A DNA stretch of 63,983 nt, filler included, from Pelomyxa schiedti (Eukaryota > Protista > Evosea), in NCBI GenBank assembly GCA_020536535.1. It is 4 parts of 4 records of this genome, joined end to end, with 100 filler letters (N's around TTAATTAATTAA, not from the genome) between each part and the next. Parts side by side here need not be neighbours in the genome. Positions count along the whole stretch, not along the records: positions 1 to 31,895 come from JAHLWZ010000613.1; 3 more parts are not named here. One strand, given 5' to 3'. The notes below the pieces were generated by a model, which searched no databases, was not told where the DNA came from, and saw nothing but the letters and a program-made list of their open reading frames with translations. Within the stretch, counting starts at the first letter, position 1. Every line of letters starts with the position of its first letter. Both the position numbers and the translations under genes were made by a program. Below are positions 1-12,700 of this stretch, piece after piece.

Positions 1-548
1 ACAAGCACAGCCAATTTGCCATTTATATCACCATCAGGAATAACACTCCTCCTCCTCTTCCTGCCCACCAGCAGCCAGTATCCCACAATTGCCAAAATTG
101 CCGCCGCGCACGTCGCATATACGCACCCAATCATTTCGTCGTGGTTTGTTTTGTTGGGGTTGTCTTGTTATCGTTGGTGTTGCGTTTAGTTCGTCGCGTT
201 TACTTTCGCTTTGCTTCTTGTTTTGTTTTGTTTTTTTGTGTTGTGGTGAATGAGCGGCGGCGCATAAAAAGTGACTCATGAGACCCCACGATCACGTTGT
301 GAGTCACGCGGGGCGTCGTCACTCAGGGGAAAAGGGGAAAAAATGATTGGATTTTCGTTCAACTGTGTGTTCCCTTGTTCTTTTTGGGACTGCGAAAAGG
401 TGTGACTGATTTCTACAGTTACATGAGGCCAGACTCGAAACCCGGCGGAATGTGCTGTTTGGCCCTAGTTGCCGTTGAAGAATCCCAGGGACTGCAGGAA
501 AATGAGAACCATCTGGTTTATGAGAACGGCACGATCGATCGGTCTGGT

Positions 549-1514
549 ATGCAGAAAAGATCGAAAACGCGGCACAACGCTCGGGTGGGTGGTGCAACAA
601 CAACCAATGGCACTGGGTACAACAAGAAGAAGCTAACAACGAGGCAACAACAAGCAGTTGCATTTTTGGCGGGGTGGCACGAGCGGGCCGGCGCACACAG
701 CGTCATGATGACGTCATCATCATCGCCAACCACGAACCTACGTGTTCCATTGTTTGTGGCCAGAATCATCGTCGAATTCCTTCTGGGTGTGTGTGCTGTT
801 GTTGTTGTTTCCCCTTGTGGGTTTTTAACACATCTAAAGTTCTCAGGGGACATATGTGTGTACAGGAGGGGAACATGGAGGACAATTGGTACAGGAATCA
901 CCGTATTTAAGGACACTCCACAGTGGATTCCTGCAACGGTTGATGGTACCTGCGGAAACAGAGTGGGAGGGAGAATAGCGTGGCTGGAACCATCCTTGCA
1001 GGAACTTTCAGGTCCATGTGATAGGATTTACTGGGCTTTCAATGTGGTGGAATACACAATTGGTTCTTGCCAGGTTTACCACTTTCTCACATTTTGAACT
1101 GATATTCTTCCGAAGGAAGGACTCGGAGCCAGCACCACACTCACGAGCATGAATCTTGATGCTGGTGACTACTACCCAATCACGTTCCCATCAGACGATG
1201 TCAAGTCGTTTGGCCTGTCATTCAGTGGTGAGGCAGTCACAACCAGAGTGCAAGGCAACACAGTGCCCCGTCTCAGGGTCACTGACCCGTCACCAGTGAC
1301 CACCACAGACCAGTTCTCGTTCCTGCTGACGTTTGAGGCAGCAGACAAGAAGCGAGGGCATGTTGATGTGTTCAGGAACATGAAGCCGCTTGTGAGCTAT
1401 GACAACGTTGACACATCACTTCCACTGTATCCAACTGTGAACATGTGCTGCCGTGATTGTGCTTACAAGTTCGTCATGGACCCATCGATCCCCTCAGGGA
1501 TTATGATGTTCTGA
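549..1514 (+). CDS. Hypothetical protein with N-terminal AFLAGWHERAGxxS adaptor-like motif and C-terminal SPRY/B30.2-like beta-domain (paralog 1), about 3 exons
   Basis: ORFs 375-1097 and 1149-1514 are joined by GT-AG introns (about 788-847 and about 1073-1114). The C-terminus GHVDVFRN...VDTSLPLYPTVNM resembles the end of SPRY domains. Closely paralogous to 1623-2654. The ATG at 549 is a best guess. Confidence 0.6.
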
Positions 1515-1622
1515 GCACTCGTTTGTGAAATTGTGATACTTTAGTGATCAAAATAACGAAAAAAACAGGGCACCATCATCAAAATCACCTTCTTTTTGTG
1601 ATTTTTCTTTTTTCAAACGGCA

Positions 1623-2654
1623 ATGCACTCTCAGAGCCCTGCCGCCAGTGCACCATCACCATCATCATCAGCCATCGCGTCACCCAACGACGTGGCGACC
1701 AGCGCAAGTGACAACACAAACAGGGAAAACACGAGGAAGTACACAACGACAGAGCGAGCAGTTGCGTTTTTGGCAGGGTGGCACGAGAGGGCTGGCGCTC
1801 GCAGCGTCATGATGTCTCCTAACCTATGCGTTCCTTTGTCTGTGGCAAGAATCGTCGTGGAGTTCTTGTTGGGTGCGTTGAGAGTTTGGTTTTTGTTTTT
1901 GTTTTGATTTTTCACTACGAATCTTTTTAACTTGTGGCCTGTGATAGGGTCCATTTGTGTGTATAGGAGAGGAACGTGGAAGACAATTGGAGATGGAATA
2001 AAAGTTGTTGACGACACAACTCAGTGGATTGCTATCGAAAACCGTAGCTGTGGCAGCAGTGTTGGAGGGAGAATAGCATGGCTGGAACCATCCCTGCAGG
2101 AATTAGCAGGTGCACGTGACAGGGTTTACTGGGCATTTGATGTCGTCAAGTACACACCCGGTGCATGTCAGGTTTGAACTTCCACTCTTCATCATATCAT
2201 AAGTTGATTGTTTGTTCTCACACGCGGGACTTCCTTGAAGGAAGGACTTGGAGCCAGCACCACACTCATGGGAATGGTTCTCGATTCAGCATCAAGTGCA
2301 GGTGGTGACTACTACCCAATCACATACTCGTCACTCAGCAACCGTGGTGTCAACTCATTTGGCCTGTCATTCTCTGGTTCTCTCATCACAACCAGAGTGC
2401 AAGGCAACATGGTTTATGATCGGAGAGTCACGAATCCAACAAGGGTGTTAGAGACGGAGCAGTTCTCGTTCCTGCTGACGTTCGAGTCACCAGACAAGAA
2501 GCGAGGGCACGTTGATGTGTTCAGGAACATGAATCTGCTTGTGAGCTATGACAACGTGGACACATCACTGCCACTGTATCCAACTGTGAACATGTGCTGT
2601 CGCCCCAGTTACTACAAGTTCGTCATGGACCCAACCCTCCCTGATGGATTGTGA
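1623..2654 (+). CDS. Tandem paralog 2 of the AFLAGWHERAG/SPRY-like gene
   Basis: Same motifs (AVAFLAGWHERAGARS, ICVYRRGTW, GGRIAWLEPSLQEL, DTSLPLYPTVNMCC) and the same two intron positions as paralog 1. Confidence 0.65.
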
Positions 2655-2813
2655 TGTCAATCGCAGGGTTAGAAATACGAGATAGAAGAAATGCTCCTGT
2701 ACATATGAAGCAAAAAAAAAAAAAGAAGTGAAGTGATTTCAAAATCCAACCAAACAGATTTTTTCTTTTTGCTTTGAGTGTTGTGTGGGACTACAAGGTC
2801 ATAGTCCAGTTAC

Positions 2814-5800
2814 TCACAGAATGAGTGGGAGGATGTCAACAACGGATGGCTCCCAGTCGATTCCCTTGCCGTAGACAAGCTTGCATGCCAATGCGGTGGA
2901 GATGATGGCCTTCTTGTGCATGTCTGGCACGCGGGCGAGGCACTGGTCCAAGTGTCCGGACTTGATGCAGTCGGGGACGTAGTCAATGAACACCTTGAGA
3001 AGCTTGGCGTGCTCGGGGGCGTTGAGGTCGAGGGGCTTGAGGTATGTGGCGATGTCGTCGGTGAACTTGTTGATGCGCTGGGAGACAAGCTCGGAGATGT
3101 GTGTCATCTTGATCTTCTTGCCGTTCTTGAGCCAGTAGGCCATCATGGCTCCGGCCTCGGCGTTGGCGATTTCGGCCAGTCGAGAGAGGACGTTCTTGAC
3201 GAGCGCGGGCTTGATGGCGACGAACTGGTCGTCCTTGAGCGAGAGACCGGCAAGGATTTCGTAGCTGCTGCTGACGACTCCGCACTTGTTGGCAGAGGAG
3301 TCCTTGTAGATGAGAACACCCTTGTCCTGTTGCCGGAGTTAGCGGGGCGAAACGAGTCACTTGGAAGAAACTAACCTCAAGGAATTCACGGGCGTCTTGG
3401 GGAATGTAAAGGTTGGCTCCCTCGACGATGGCCTTGGCGGTTGGCTGGTCGTCAACGAAGAACTGAGAGGATGTTAATGAGGGGAAATAGGACAAGTAAA
3501 AGCGCTTACGTCTTTCATGTTGAGCATGTTGAGGGCACGGGGGCGGCCACCAGAGGGAATGAAGACGTCGGTCTTCTTCTGGTGTGCGTTGAGTCGGAAG
3601 ATTTGTTGAGCTTGGTTTCCGCTGATCCAGTCCTCAATGAGCTTTCCTCCCTCCTTCTTGATGAGAAGGGTCTCCTTTTGGAAGGATGAGCGTTGCCTTG
3701 TCTGCCACAAGCAAAGAATGAAACCTCCCTCGTGAAGGAGTTCCCTTGGGTACTCAGCAATTGGCTTGACCTTGTGGAACATTTCGACAAGGGCGGGGAG
3801 GTTCATGCCCTCGGGATCGTACATGGTGCCAGAGGCATCGGTTACAACCAGAAGCTTGGCGAAAGTTGGAAGGTGCTGGTTAAGAAGCCTGATCATGTTT
3901 CCGGCGACATCACCATCGGGTCCACCGGTGATCTTGCAGGTGAAGGGCTTGCCCTCAAGGCCGAGGTAGCGGAGGGTGTGGACGAGGTACTGGTACATAC
4001 CCCATGATGTTACACCGTACTCCTTGTGGTTAATGCCTACGTCCTCCTTGCCGGAGATGAAGGCGCCACCAGAGTAGTAGCCAAGGCGGATGGACTCAGC
4101 TGCCAACCAGTGAATCATGCTGTCGTGCATGTTCTCATCGGGACCAAGGTAGATGTACTCTGGAAGCTTGAGGTAATCGACAATGAACTCTCCGTACTTG
4201 AGGGAGTTCTTGGCGAAGTCCCAAATGAAGAGGCAGAGGAATGTGTTGAGGAAGCAGCGCTGGTTGTAGTACATGTACTCAAGGGTTTGTGCCTTGACCC
4301 ACTCGTCAAGCATGGGCTTTATCTTGTCAGCGGGTGTGGCAGCAGCCTCAAGCTCGCGTCGGATGATCTCAGTCTCGAATGTGAGCTCCTCATTTGGAGA
4401 GACGAAGACAATAGCCTTGGATCCACCCTCGGGGATATCCTTGTTCTTCTTCTGCTGAGTGTAGGCAAGATTGTAGCACTCAGTGAACATGTTGGCGCGC
4501 TCAAATCGGGCGTGCTCCTGGTCGCGGGCAACAACTGTCCTCATTCCACCACGGGCAAGGTCGCGGAACCTGACTTGGAAGGAGGTGAAGTTCCATCCCT
4601 TGACGTAATAGACGGAGAAGGGGAGCTCTGGGTATTTGGAGGCACGGTCGAACCCGGGGACGTTGTTCATGTACTGTGGGTTGAGGCGGAAACCAATGGC
4701 CAATTTGTGGTAGTTGTAGGCATTGGTGCGGTAGCAGTTATCGGTGACGTTGAGGGCCTGAAGGAAGACATTCCTCCTGCGGTCATCGTGCTTCTTCCTG
4801 CCGGTGTCGAGCTCGGCAAGGGCCTTCTCGAGCTCAGCCTTCAGTCGGGCGTACTCCTCGAGGTTGGCAGTGGCTGGGTGGAACTTGGCAGCGAAGACTG
4901 CAAGGAGCTTGAGGGTAAGCTCTGGGTGGAAGGCAAATGCCTCAAGGCACATGTCCTCAGTGTAGAGGGCTGCGTTTACGTCGGAAAGAACCTGCTCAAT
5001 GATTCCAGCGAACGCACGGAGGAGATTGGCTAAGATAAATGAGAACTGGTCAAAAAAACTGGGAAGAGTAGTGTACCATGGGAGCCAGTGAATGTGCCGG
5101 AAAGGACCAAGTCGGTGAGAATGTCAACCTTGAGCCCCTTGAGCATCTCGAACTCGCGCATGAAGCCATTGAGCTTAGCTTCGTCGGTGACGATCTCGCC
5201 AACAAGTTCAATTGCTCCAACGAGGATGCACTTGACGGAGAGGGGATCAACATAGGCGAAGTGGAGGTTGGCAATGGTGACTGAGTGGCGCTTGCACATC
5301 TGAGCGAGCTTGTAGAGGAACATTCGCTTAGCAACGTTCTTCCAAGCAAAGTAGAGGGTACCATCTATAAGCAAGAGGTTGACAAAACAATAGAAATAGA
5401 AAAGAGGAATTACTGTTGCCAGAGGCTGGGACAAGTTTGTATTGGACGGCATCGCGAAGAACAGCCTCAGCGAAGAGGGTTGCCTTGATGGCAGCGGGCA
5501 TCACTCTCTCTGCGGCATCAGCAGCAGCAATGAAGGAAACACGGGTGATCCTGAGGGGAAGGCTGTACCCGGGCATCGGGGAATCAGAGACGAAGCTGAA
5601 GTACTCCTTGATGCTTGTCTCACCATAGTGCTACAAAAAAGGTGAACAAAACAAAAAGTGTATTAAAAGGAAACTAACGCGGAGGATTTCGGTGTCAGCG
5701 TGCTCGCGGGCAAGAGAAATAACAAGGGATGTGTTCTTGAAGTTGAGGTAAACGAACTCCTCGAACTCCTCGCTATAAGGGCAGAAAAAAAAAAACATTA

Positions 5801-6025
5801 AGAACCGAGACACGGCACGTAGTTGTGTAATAATAATTTGTAAAGTGTGTATAGGGATGAAATACATTTTAAAAAGTAAGTAACGTATCGTTTTTTTTTT
5901 GACAACGCAAACCTGTAGACGAGGGTGTGGGCAACGACGGTCGACTCCTCAGCGGTGGCCTGAGCGACGAACTTTGGCATGTGGGTCTTGAGCCATGCAA
6001 GAAGTGCGGTATCTGTCTTCTCCAT
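2814..6025 (-). CDS. gdh2: NAD-specific glutamate dehydrogenase, large GDH2-type, multi-exon
   Basis: Motifs RFRDLARGGMR, QQKKNKDIPEGGSK, LGPDENM, GINHKEYGVTS, TGGPDGDVAGN, FIPSGGRP and IVEGANL. Strong C/G-ending codon bias suggests high expression. The last few codons are uncertain because a 27-nt intron is possible at the stop. Confidence 0.92.
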
Positions 6026-6532
6026 TTGTTGTTGTTGGTAGTAGTAGTTTGTTGTCGGTGTTCCGGCGGGTCGCTTTGGTTGGATTTTTTAAGAATGAAT
6101 TTTGTTTTCTCCCAAGCGACGCCTTTAAAAAGTGCACGGGGAGCGAAAGGAAATGTCACCGAAAAATAGAACGATGGACATTGGTTGAATTTGGAATAGA
6201 AGCTGACGTCGAAGCCCTGTTTTTAGCCTGGAAAGATCGTGTACCAAGACATCTCTCACTTGACCTTTGATCACTTCCAGAATGGACTCACGCACCGCCC
6301 TCTCATCTGTGAATCACAATCACTGCCCCCATTCCTGTCATCCCCCTCAAGTTCCTTTTCCTGTTTCCGCGACAGACTTTGACTTCAATCAATCTAATCA
6401 ACACACGATCAGTGTTCGGTTCATGAAAAAGTGTCTGAATAAAAAGATTGAAGAACGTGAAGTGGTGTTCTTAAAGCGTCGTTTAAAAAGAAAAATAAAC
6501 CGCGGTTGGTTGGGTGCAGTTGGCTTGCGAAC

Positions 6533-9522
6533 ATGTCGTCGGGATCTGGCAGCGACACAGAGTCTAATGATGAAGCCACACCCGTAACGACAAACGAGAT
6601 CTCTGTAACAGCAACTACTACTACCACTCTTGAGGGATCTGCCGCTGTTACTGGCGAAACAACCGAGCCGGCAAGCAAGATCCCAGATCCGCACGTCGTT
6701 GTCGCGGTAGAATCCGTTAATACAACGCCGCAACAGCCCGACGACGCCGGTGGCAAAGCCGTCGAAAAGAGTGATGCCACTGCTTCGGCGACGTTATCTG
6801 ACGCACTTGATGCTACTCGACCTGCTGGGAGCGCTTTGAACGACGTTGCTGTAGCTCTGGTGGACGCCGCTTTCGGCACCGATGCTGCGGCTAATGCGGC
6901 GCCCACAGATACCTCCAAGACAAAGCCGCGACGCAATTCTCATACTTCTCACCACAGACGATCGGGTGGATATGCTCACAAGGGATCCCACGCGCATCCC
7001 TCTGGCGGCGGCCACGGCCATTCGCACCCGAGCCACAAGCCAAAGAGGCGATCGAAAAAACTCCCACAGGAACAAATTAGCCTTCTGGACGCCGCCACAG
7101 CTGATGCCGCGATTCCAGCTTCTACAACCTCTAACAACCTAGGTGAAGAAGTTCCAGTCATACTTTCCAAATCACAACATGGAAAGTCTAGCCATCACTC
7201 GCACCACAGGAAGCCGAAAGGCCATACCACTCACACTGAGTCACCCGAACTTGCTGTTTCAGCTACACCACCTTCAGTTATAGACTCCTCTCCTGTATCT
7301 TCTCCACTTAGTGCCGCTGCACCACAGAAATCAGTTTGGAAAGCAGTACGAGAGAAACCAAGGAAAATTATAGTAAATCTTGCTGATTTGTCATCCAAAG
7401 AGCAGATGGCCGTTTTTCTTAGTCGGACTGGTGTATTTTCCGCCACCAAACCTTCCCCCACCCTCTCGCTAATTGATGGACTCCCGAAGCCCAGTACCAC
7501 CGACACCAAGGTGTTATGTGCAGCAGACTCGCCAAGGCCACTGGTTGGCGATATCCTCATCATGGGGGAATGTGGCATAACCGCCGCAAGTGCGGGAGCG
7601 CTAGCGTCTGTCATTGCTAGCTTAAGTTCCACCAGAGCAATTGAAGTACTAGATCTAGCAAGGAACGCTGAGATTGGAGACCCAGGTGTCTCAGCAATAT
7701 GTTCTGCACTATTGTCTCGGTGGGGAAATAAAGTTGGAGCTGGGTATGGGTTATCTTCCTGTGCTCACGTTCCACATTTATCGTTTTGTGGATGTAAAGC
7801 TGCCGGATCAAGTGCTGCAGCCATTGCCGCAATCGCGCTCCCCGGTGGAGCCTCTTCCAGTGAAGAAGATTCTGATACTGGTCAGGCAGATAGATCTATT
7901 TGCGCTTGTGCTCAAGCGATCAATGTCTCGGGATGTGGAGAAGGCCTACTTGTTCACCTACCAACTTGCCAGCAGGTTGTACGTGTTTCAATGTTTGGTG
8001 GGGGTGGCGTAGGGTCTAAGTCGTCACTGGCAGTAAGATTTTCGAAGGTGGGTCAGTTCTAGTTTTACAATAATAAATATTTGACATTTTTGCAGGGCTT
8101 CTTTATCCGAGGTATGACCCTTTCAAATTTTAAAATTCAAACAATCCCAATTTCTTACTTGCAAATATTTTGAGATTATGATCCCACGATCGAGGTACTC
8201 AGATATATCCTCTCTTTTCTTACACATCCAAGGATTTTTATCGAGGTTGCCTAATCCTAAATGGCATTGTTTACAACATTCTTATTACTGATACTGGTAA
8301 TCTTCCCTATTTGCGTAATGGTTGTTCACTTTTTTCTTTGTCTATTTGATCAGCTGGACAAGATGAGTACGTTAAGATTTAACTCATTTTCTGTTGTCTC
8401 ACCTCAATTTAGGTACACTGAAATGAGAAAAAAGTTTTTTTGGTGTTGAATTTTCCTTTTACTAATTCCCGCAAGACACATAAAACGGACTGATGTATTC
8501 ATCCTCGGGTAAGGCACCGCAAATCTATAGTTTTTCTTACACTTCTCTAGCTACGCCATTACTTCCCACTATTCCTTTCTGGAAATTAAGCAGTACCACA
8601 AGGAGATATGTGAAGAACTAGGGTTAGGAGAGGAGAAAATTCCTCAATCTACTACTCCAGGCCTCCTTAATAAGACTTTGCGAAAGCCAGCCCCAAAGTC
8701 ATCTCAGCAACCCCTTCTGCCAACCGCAGATACTCCGACTCTTCCGGAAAAAGTGTTTCCTTGCATCTTGGTTGGAGGAAAATGTGATTTATCAGCGGAG
8801 CGTGAAGTTTCTCAAGAGGAGGGCATGGCACTTTCCGAAAAACTGCATTGCCCATTCTATGAGGTACCCAGCCATTCCAAATGGAAACTCAAATTTCCTA
8901 GGTCAGTTCCAAGACAGGAGATAACGTAGAACAAGTTTTCACACAGGCAGTGAAGATGTTCATCCACAACATCGGTGCTAAAACAGCTCCTGCGAAATCA
9001 CCTTTACCAGAGACAGCTTTTAGTTTTCCTATTCCGCCAATATCTACACTCAGCACATATATAACCGATGAGGCTCTCGAGAGTATCCAAGTGCACTTTT
9101 TCTTTTGTAAGTAACACACTCACAGTTAAATCTGGTGACAGTGGGATTCTTAGTTCTCACCGGCAACATCAAACTACTTCTGTAACGTCTACCGTCCCAG
9201 CAGAACAACCGGATATGAAATCTGCACTGTAAGAACAAACAAAATCCTAAACCACTTCTCATCTATCCTTAGGGAAAGAATTTCCTCGCTCGAAAAGAAA
9301 GTGGCTGAGTTACAAGCCATTGTAGACTCAAAGACGTATGTACCAAGTTAAAGTCTACCGCTTCTTTAAATACGGTTATCGCCAGTGCTTCTGAACAGAA
9401 CCTTCAGCAGGAGAATCAGCAACTGAAGGCTCAGTTAGAAAGGCTAAGGTATTCCAACCTCTCCGTAATTCGGGTTCTAACCACTCCACAGGTCCGGTCC
9501 AGTTCCCGACTTATTGCTCTAA
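6533..9522 (+). CDS. Low-complexity N-terminus + RNI-like LRR + Ras-like GTPase domain + coiled coil, many micro-exons
   Basis: LRR segment IEVLDLARNAEIGDPGVSAICSAL. Spliced Ras motifs: GGGGVGSKS, DYDPTIEDFYR, DTAGQDEY, LVGGKCDL, YEVSSKT. The splicing of the 3' region is only partly resolved. Confidence 0.75.
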
Positions 9523-9767
9523 TCCCGTGCAAGTAATTTATTATTACCCTACAACCAGGGCACAATCCCTTACTGTAACACTACAAGTCTAACAAGAATT
9601 TTGATTCGCAGTTTCATTCCACACCTCAAACTTTTGCCAACCAAGCTTCAAGACTTCAAAGAAATTAGGAGAATTCCCAACCGTCGCCAGCGACGGTTCG
9701 GGGGACACAAAAAGTGAAAGAAAGGCGCCTGAGAAAAAACACAAAAGGGAAAAAAAACCCCAACACA

Positions 9768-12700
9768 ATGGACAGGGCTGAGTACGTTGACCTGCTTGCC
9801 AGGCTTATTTCGCATACCATCAACCTTCAGAACTTTGGCCCAAGTATTCGTTAGAAACGCTTTTTGAAATTTTGTTCTTTCCGAAAACCCACAACAAACG
9901 GTGGGTGCCAATTAACGCATGCACAAAAGAAACAGAACAACAACCAAAGGAGGAACCCAAAGAGGGGTTGATTGTTGCCGAAGTTGAACATTACCTCCAC
10001 GATGTCCTCGCTCAACCTGGCTCCTTCCTCACTCTCGAAAAGGTTTCGTTTCTGTTTTTTTCCATTTCTCTATTGTCCCATTTCTAATGCATCACAGTTG
10101 TGTAACCCGAGTAAACCCGAGCGTCCGAATTTGAGGCTGACGTACGACTCCAATCCTGGAAGCACTCCCCCATCTCCTGTTTTTTGTATTATGGGAGCAC
10201 ACATGGACGTGGTAACCTTACACACAACAACCCAAAACGTAGTCATTCTATAGTATTTACTACTCTTTAGGTTCCAGCCAACCCAGCCACATGGGACAAG
10301 GCCCATCAACCCTTTGAGCTAACTGAAGATGGTGATAAGCTTTACGGCAGGGGTACAACCGATTGCCTTGGTCACGTGGCCATTCTGGCTTGCTTGTTCA
10401 AGCAAATGGCCATTGAGAAGCCCCGCTTGAACTGCAGAGTTATTGCCATCATCATATCAGATGAAGAGGACGAAGGGGCAGGCTGTGGTGTGCATTTTAA
10501 CTGCTGCTTAATTTTTAGATACTAATTCTCTTCCAAAGGTGCCGATTGGTTGTTAAAAGAAGGAAAATTGGACCAACTTACGAACGCCGATGTTTTGTGG
10601 CTCGATACTTGTGGTGATCGTCCAACACTAGGTCGGTTTTCGTTTTTTATTCTGTTGTAATATTTGTCTTCTAGGTGACTCCGGACTTTTGCAGTGGAAG
10701 ATCACTGTTAAAGGAGCCCCAGTCATAAAGCACAGTGGATTCCCTATGGAAATCGTCAATCCAACCGAAGTTGCTCATGATGTGTTGATTGCCCTTCAGT
10801 CATACTTTTATTCAGGTAGTTAGTTACTTATTAGGGCAAGGGCCCGAACTAACGTTATACATTCTCCTATGAAAGATATTTGTCCCGCCGATCCTGAGTA
10901 CCAGGAAAAATACGGATATCCATGCGAGAGTTCCTTCAAGGCAACATCTCCAGTGGATTGTGGAGGGTTCAGTTGCAATCAGATACCTCCGTCATACACC
11001 GTCCAGGGTGATATTAGGATTCTTCCGAAATACAATGTTGTAACCTGCTCACATCAATAAATCAACTTGCCACATCTGGATAACCAAAAGTAAAGGTCAA
11101 AGTTGTGAGAGCAAAGCTGGAGGCTTATTTCAATCAGATAAAGCAAAACCCCTATCTATGGCGCAAAATTCACCAGCAAAGGGGAGCTTCTGAGGCAGTG
11201 TCACCAACGCACATAGATCAGGTAATTTTTCTTTGTTGTAAAAATTTTCTAAACTCTGAACTTCCTCAGTTTCCAATCATCACCTTCGAGCTCTCCACTG
11301 CAGAGGTACAAGGGCTTGTCTGCAATAAGGTTCTTCAATTTCCAGTTAAAAGGTGACTTAACATTTATCAAGGACGATGCTTTCTTCCCCCTCGTCGCTA
11401 AAGCACTCACCGATGCTGGATGTACCTCTGAGCCCATTTCTCTTCTTGGAACTCTCCCCATCGTGGCAGATTTAGTTGAGCAGAAGCACGTGAACCTCCA
11501 GATGGTCGGATTTGCCATTCAGAGTGTCTACCATTCTGACAACGAGTATTGCTTGTTTACTTCCATGGACAAAGGCTTCAAGATGATGAAGGGTTTGGCG
11601 ATATTGGAATCCGCGAAGCCACCTGGCAGAGTCATTCATGTAACACCTCCGCACAAGGAGCCCATGATCAAGGCGGGCAATAACACAACTTATCCAGAAC
11701 TTATGGATCAACCATCCTGGAAAGAATTTTTCCTCCCAGAAGAAGGACTTGGGGAAGTGGCTCGAATGCATAAACTTAAGGTGAATTAGCAACAACCCAA
11801 TAATATTCAACTTAGAAAAAAACAGAGAAATAGGGACTTCCTTCAGCAGCAATTTGGAAACTTCATTGGTTACCAGATAAACCGCATAATGCCACCCCTC
11901 AGTGATGAGATGATAGACTGCTTTAGCATTCCGGCTAATAACGTTGGTGACCCTTTCCAGACAGGATACTTGACTGTTGAGTTTCCAGTTCTCCTTTTTT
12001 TCTTTGCACTGAGTTTCCTGCAGATGAACACCAAACACTTGGAGATAAATGTTTTGGACTACTTTGCTCGACTGTGGGGGATAAAATACTTCCGGGACCC
12101 CGCTAACTCTCCCCCACACCCAGAATCCTACTGGGGATACATGCTAACAATGGGTTCCACTGGTACTCTTTATTTGCTCGAGAACGAGTAACCAAACACT
12201 TCTTAGAGGCAAATATGTATGGGTTGTACAATGCAAGGGACTATTTATCGGGAGTTTCTCTAATTAACGCCCAACGTGTACCTCCGAGGAAGAGTGAGAG
12301 GCATAAAGAGGTCAAAATGGGGCTCGCCATGCGTGCATTGTCAGCGGCCCCACCAGCCCACTCACCGGACCACACTATACAACCACTTGAACCGCTTGCT
12401 CCACATGATCCCTCTTTCACGCCAGTAGCATTTTTCAGGTATTTTTAACGTTTCTTCCACTTTCTGACCATATTTTATAGCGAAGATACACACTACTCCA
12501 TTGTAAAATGTTTACGTACAATGGCCATTCACTCGTGCATGGAACTTGGTAAGCTTATGTACAACAAAAAGAAGTATAGACACTGGTGGCGGTGCCCCAT
12601 TACTTCTGATGGGAACTGGCCAGATGTTGATACAATTCCCGCCACAGGAAAGACCTATTGTATCCTTTCCTTCCTATTAATATTTAAATAGGAGGAACAA

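Noticed and set aside
2916-5033. Long plus-strand ORFs opposite GDH (for example 4026-5033, 335 aa)
   Set aside because: Antisense shadow ORFs caused by strong codon bias; no independent motifs.
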